In this document: piece after piece, positions 52,276-53,591 of the stretch
Position numbering within the stretch: the stretch's first letter is position 1
Layout: the number at the start of each line of letters is the position of its first letter
From: Octopus bimaculoides
Lineage: Eukaryota
Length of the DNA stretch: 53,591 nucleotides
Reading direction: 5' to 3'
Assembly (NCBI RefSeq): GCF_001194135.2
Contig: NC_068992.1
Location: forward strand, 26,958,786 to 27,012,376
Translations under genes and position numbers: made by a program
The notes under the pieces: model-generated
Database searches by the model: none
Told to the model about the DNA's origin: nothing
What the model saw: the letters and a program-made list of their open reading frames with translations, nothing else

Positions 52276-52333
<58 letters not shown>

Positions 52334-52716
52334 TATGTACATATATATATATATGTCGTTTTCTGTTTTCGTTTCTCATTGTGTTTAACGTTTTTTTGAT
52401 GTCCTCTACCCATATATACATGTGCTAATGTGTGTGTACGTGAATGTGCGTGCATGCGTGTGTGTCTGTGTGTGGAGTACACTGCTGGTATTTATACTCT
52501 AGAAATTATGCATATAATTTTGTATGTCATATCCGAGTAAAGATGGAATTGGTTTAACTGTAATAGGGGTCATTATATCGGCAGGACAACATTGAGAATT
52601 GAAGCTAAGTGAGAAAAGAAGAAGGAGGAAGACTTACCACCAAAAAACGGTTAGTGTAGTAATATTAATTCTGTAAAGATATTGCGAAGTTCGTGATTGG
52701 TATTATAACAGAGAGC

Positions 52717-52953
52717 AAGGCGGCGATCTGGCAGAAACGTTAGCACGCTGGGCGAAATGCTTAGCTGTATTTCGTCTGCCGCTACGTTCTGAGTTCAAAT
52801 TCTGCCGAAATCGACTTTGCCTTTCATCCTTTCGAAATCGATTAAATAAATAAGTACCAGTTACGCACTGGAATCGATATAATCGACTTAATCCGTTTGT
52901 CTGTCCTTGTTTGTCCCCTCTATGTGTAGCCCCTTGTGGGCAGCAAAGAAATA
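52717..52953 (+). mobile_element. SINE family B, full length, tail type 1
   Basis: AAGGCGGCGATCTGGCAGAAACGTTAG..GAGTTCAAATTC..GCCTTTCATCCTTTCG..AAGTACCAG..GTAGCCCCTTGTGGGCAGCAAAGAAATA. Confidence 0.87.
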
Positions 52954-52954
52954 C

Positions 52955-53130
52955 GAAACGTTAGCACGCAGGGCGAAATGCTTAGCGATATTTCGTCTGT
53001 CTTACGTTCTGAGTCCTAATTCCGCCGAGGTCGACTCTGCCTTTCATCCGTTGCGTACTAGGGTCAATCTAATCGACTGGCCCCCTCCCCAATAATTTAG
53101 GGCCTTGTGCCTAGACCAGAAAAGGATATT
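52955..53130 (+). mobile_element. SINE family B, 5'-clipped and internally deleted, tail type 2
   Basis: GAAACGTTAGCACGCAGGGCGAAATGCTTAG..GCCTTTCATCC..GGCCTTGTGCCTAGA. Confidence 0.8.
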
Positions 53131-53261
53131 AAAACAGAAAGCAATGAATAACTACGGATGTAAGAACGTTCGAAATTTGAGAAAGAATAGTGTTTATGAA
53201 TCAGTAAGAGTGAAAAAGATGTGTAAAGACAATAATACACACATCTTTAAATTATCTTTTA

Positions 53262-53470
53262 TCTTCTAATTGCTTCAGTCATTAGACTGCGGCCATACTG
53301 GGGTACCGCCTTGAAGAATTTTTAGTCGAATATATTGACAGCAGTACTATTTTTTTTTAATCCCAGATCTTATTCAACCGGTTCTCTTCCTGAACCGCTA
53401 AGTTACGGGGACGTAAACATACCAAAACTGGCTCTCAAACGACGGTGGTGGGCAAGAACAGAGACACAAT
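53262..53470 (-). mobile_element. SINE family C, 3' half
   Basis: CAGTCATTAGACTGCGGCCATACTGGGGTACCGCCTTGAAG..CCGCTAAGTTACGGGGACGTAAAC. Confidence 0.75.
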
Positions 53471-53536
53471 CATATGCACACACACATTCACACACACACA
53501 CACGCACACGCACATACACACACATATATATATATG

Positions 53537-53591
<55 letters not shown>

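Overview
Gene-poor, AT-rich eukaryotic draft-assembly DNA with 13 N-gaps (largest 2620-3558, 9611-10599, 15056-15690) and very dense microsatellites. The SINE and microsatellite content resembles a coleoid cephalopod (Octopus-like); this is an inference, not a database result. No host gene is confidently identifiable, and nearly all long ORFs in the track are artefacts of simple repeats or N-gaps. The recognisable content is mobile DNA: (1) at least three tRNA-derived SINE families; (2) four decayed RTE-clade LINE fragments, one ending in three C2H2 finger remnants and one with twin-priming-like 5' inversion geometry; (3) an internally deleted L1/Tx1-type LINE (ORF1 with a gag-type knuckle joined to the zf-RVT end of ORF2) carrying an inverted piece of a diverged ORF1; (4) four 3' fragments of restriction-like-endonuclease (R4/Dong-like) retrotransposons, each beside (AAT)n; (5) a mariner MITE and a possible Tc1 relic. 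The most notable signal is a set of short repeats carrying minimal type I hammerhead-ribozyme folds of the Penelope-associated kind. One family has the variant core CUGUUGA (U at position 6) in every copy, including two identical 37-nt copies 50 kb apart. A second family lies in a ~1.4 kb nested inverted repeat. All alignments and folds were read by eye; coordinates of decayed elements are approximate.
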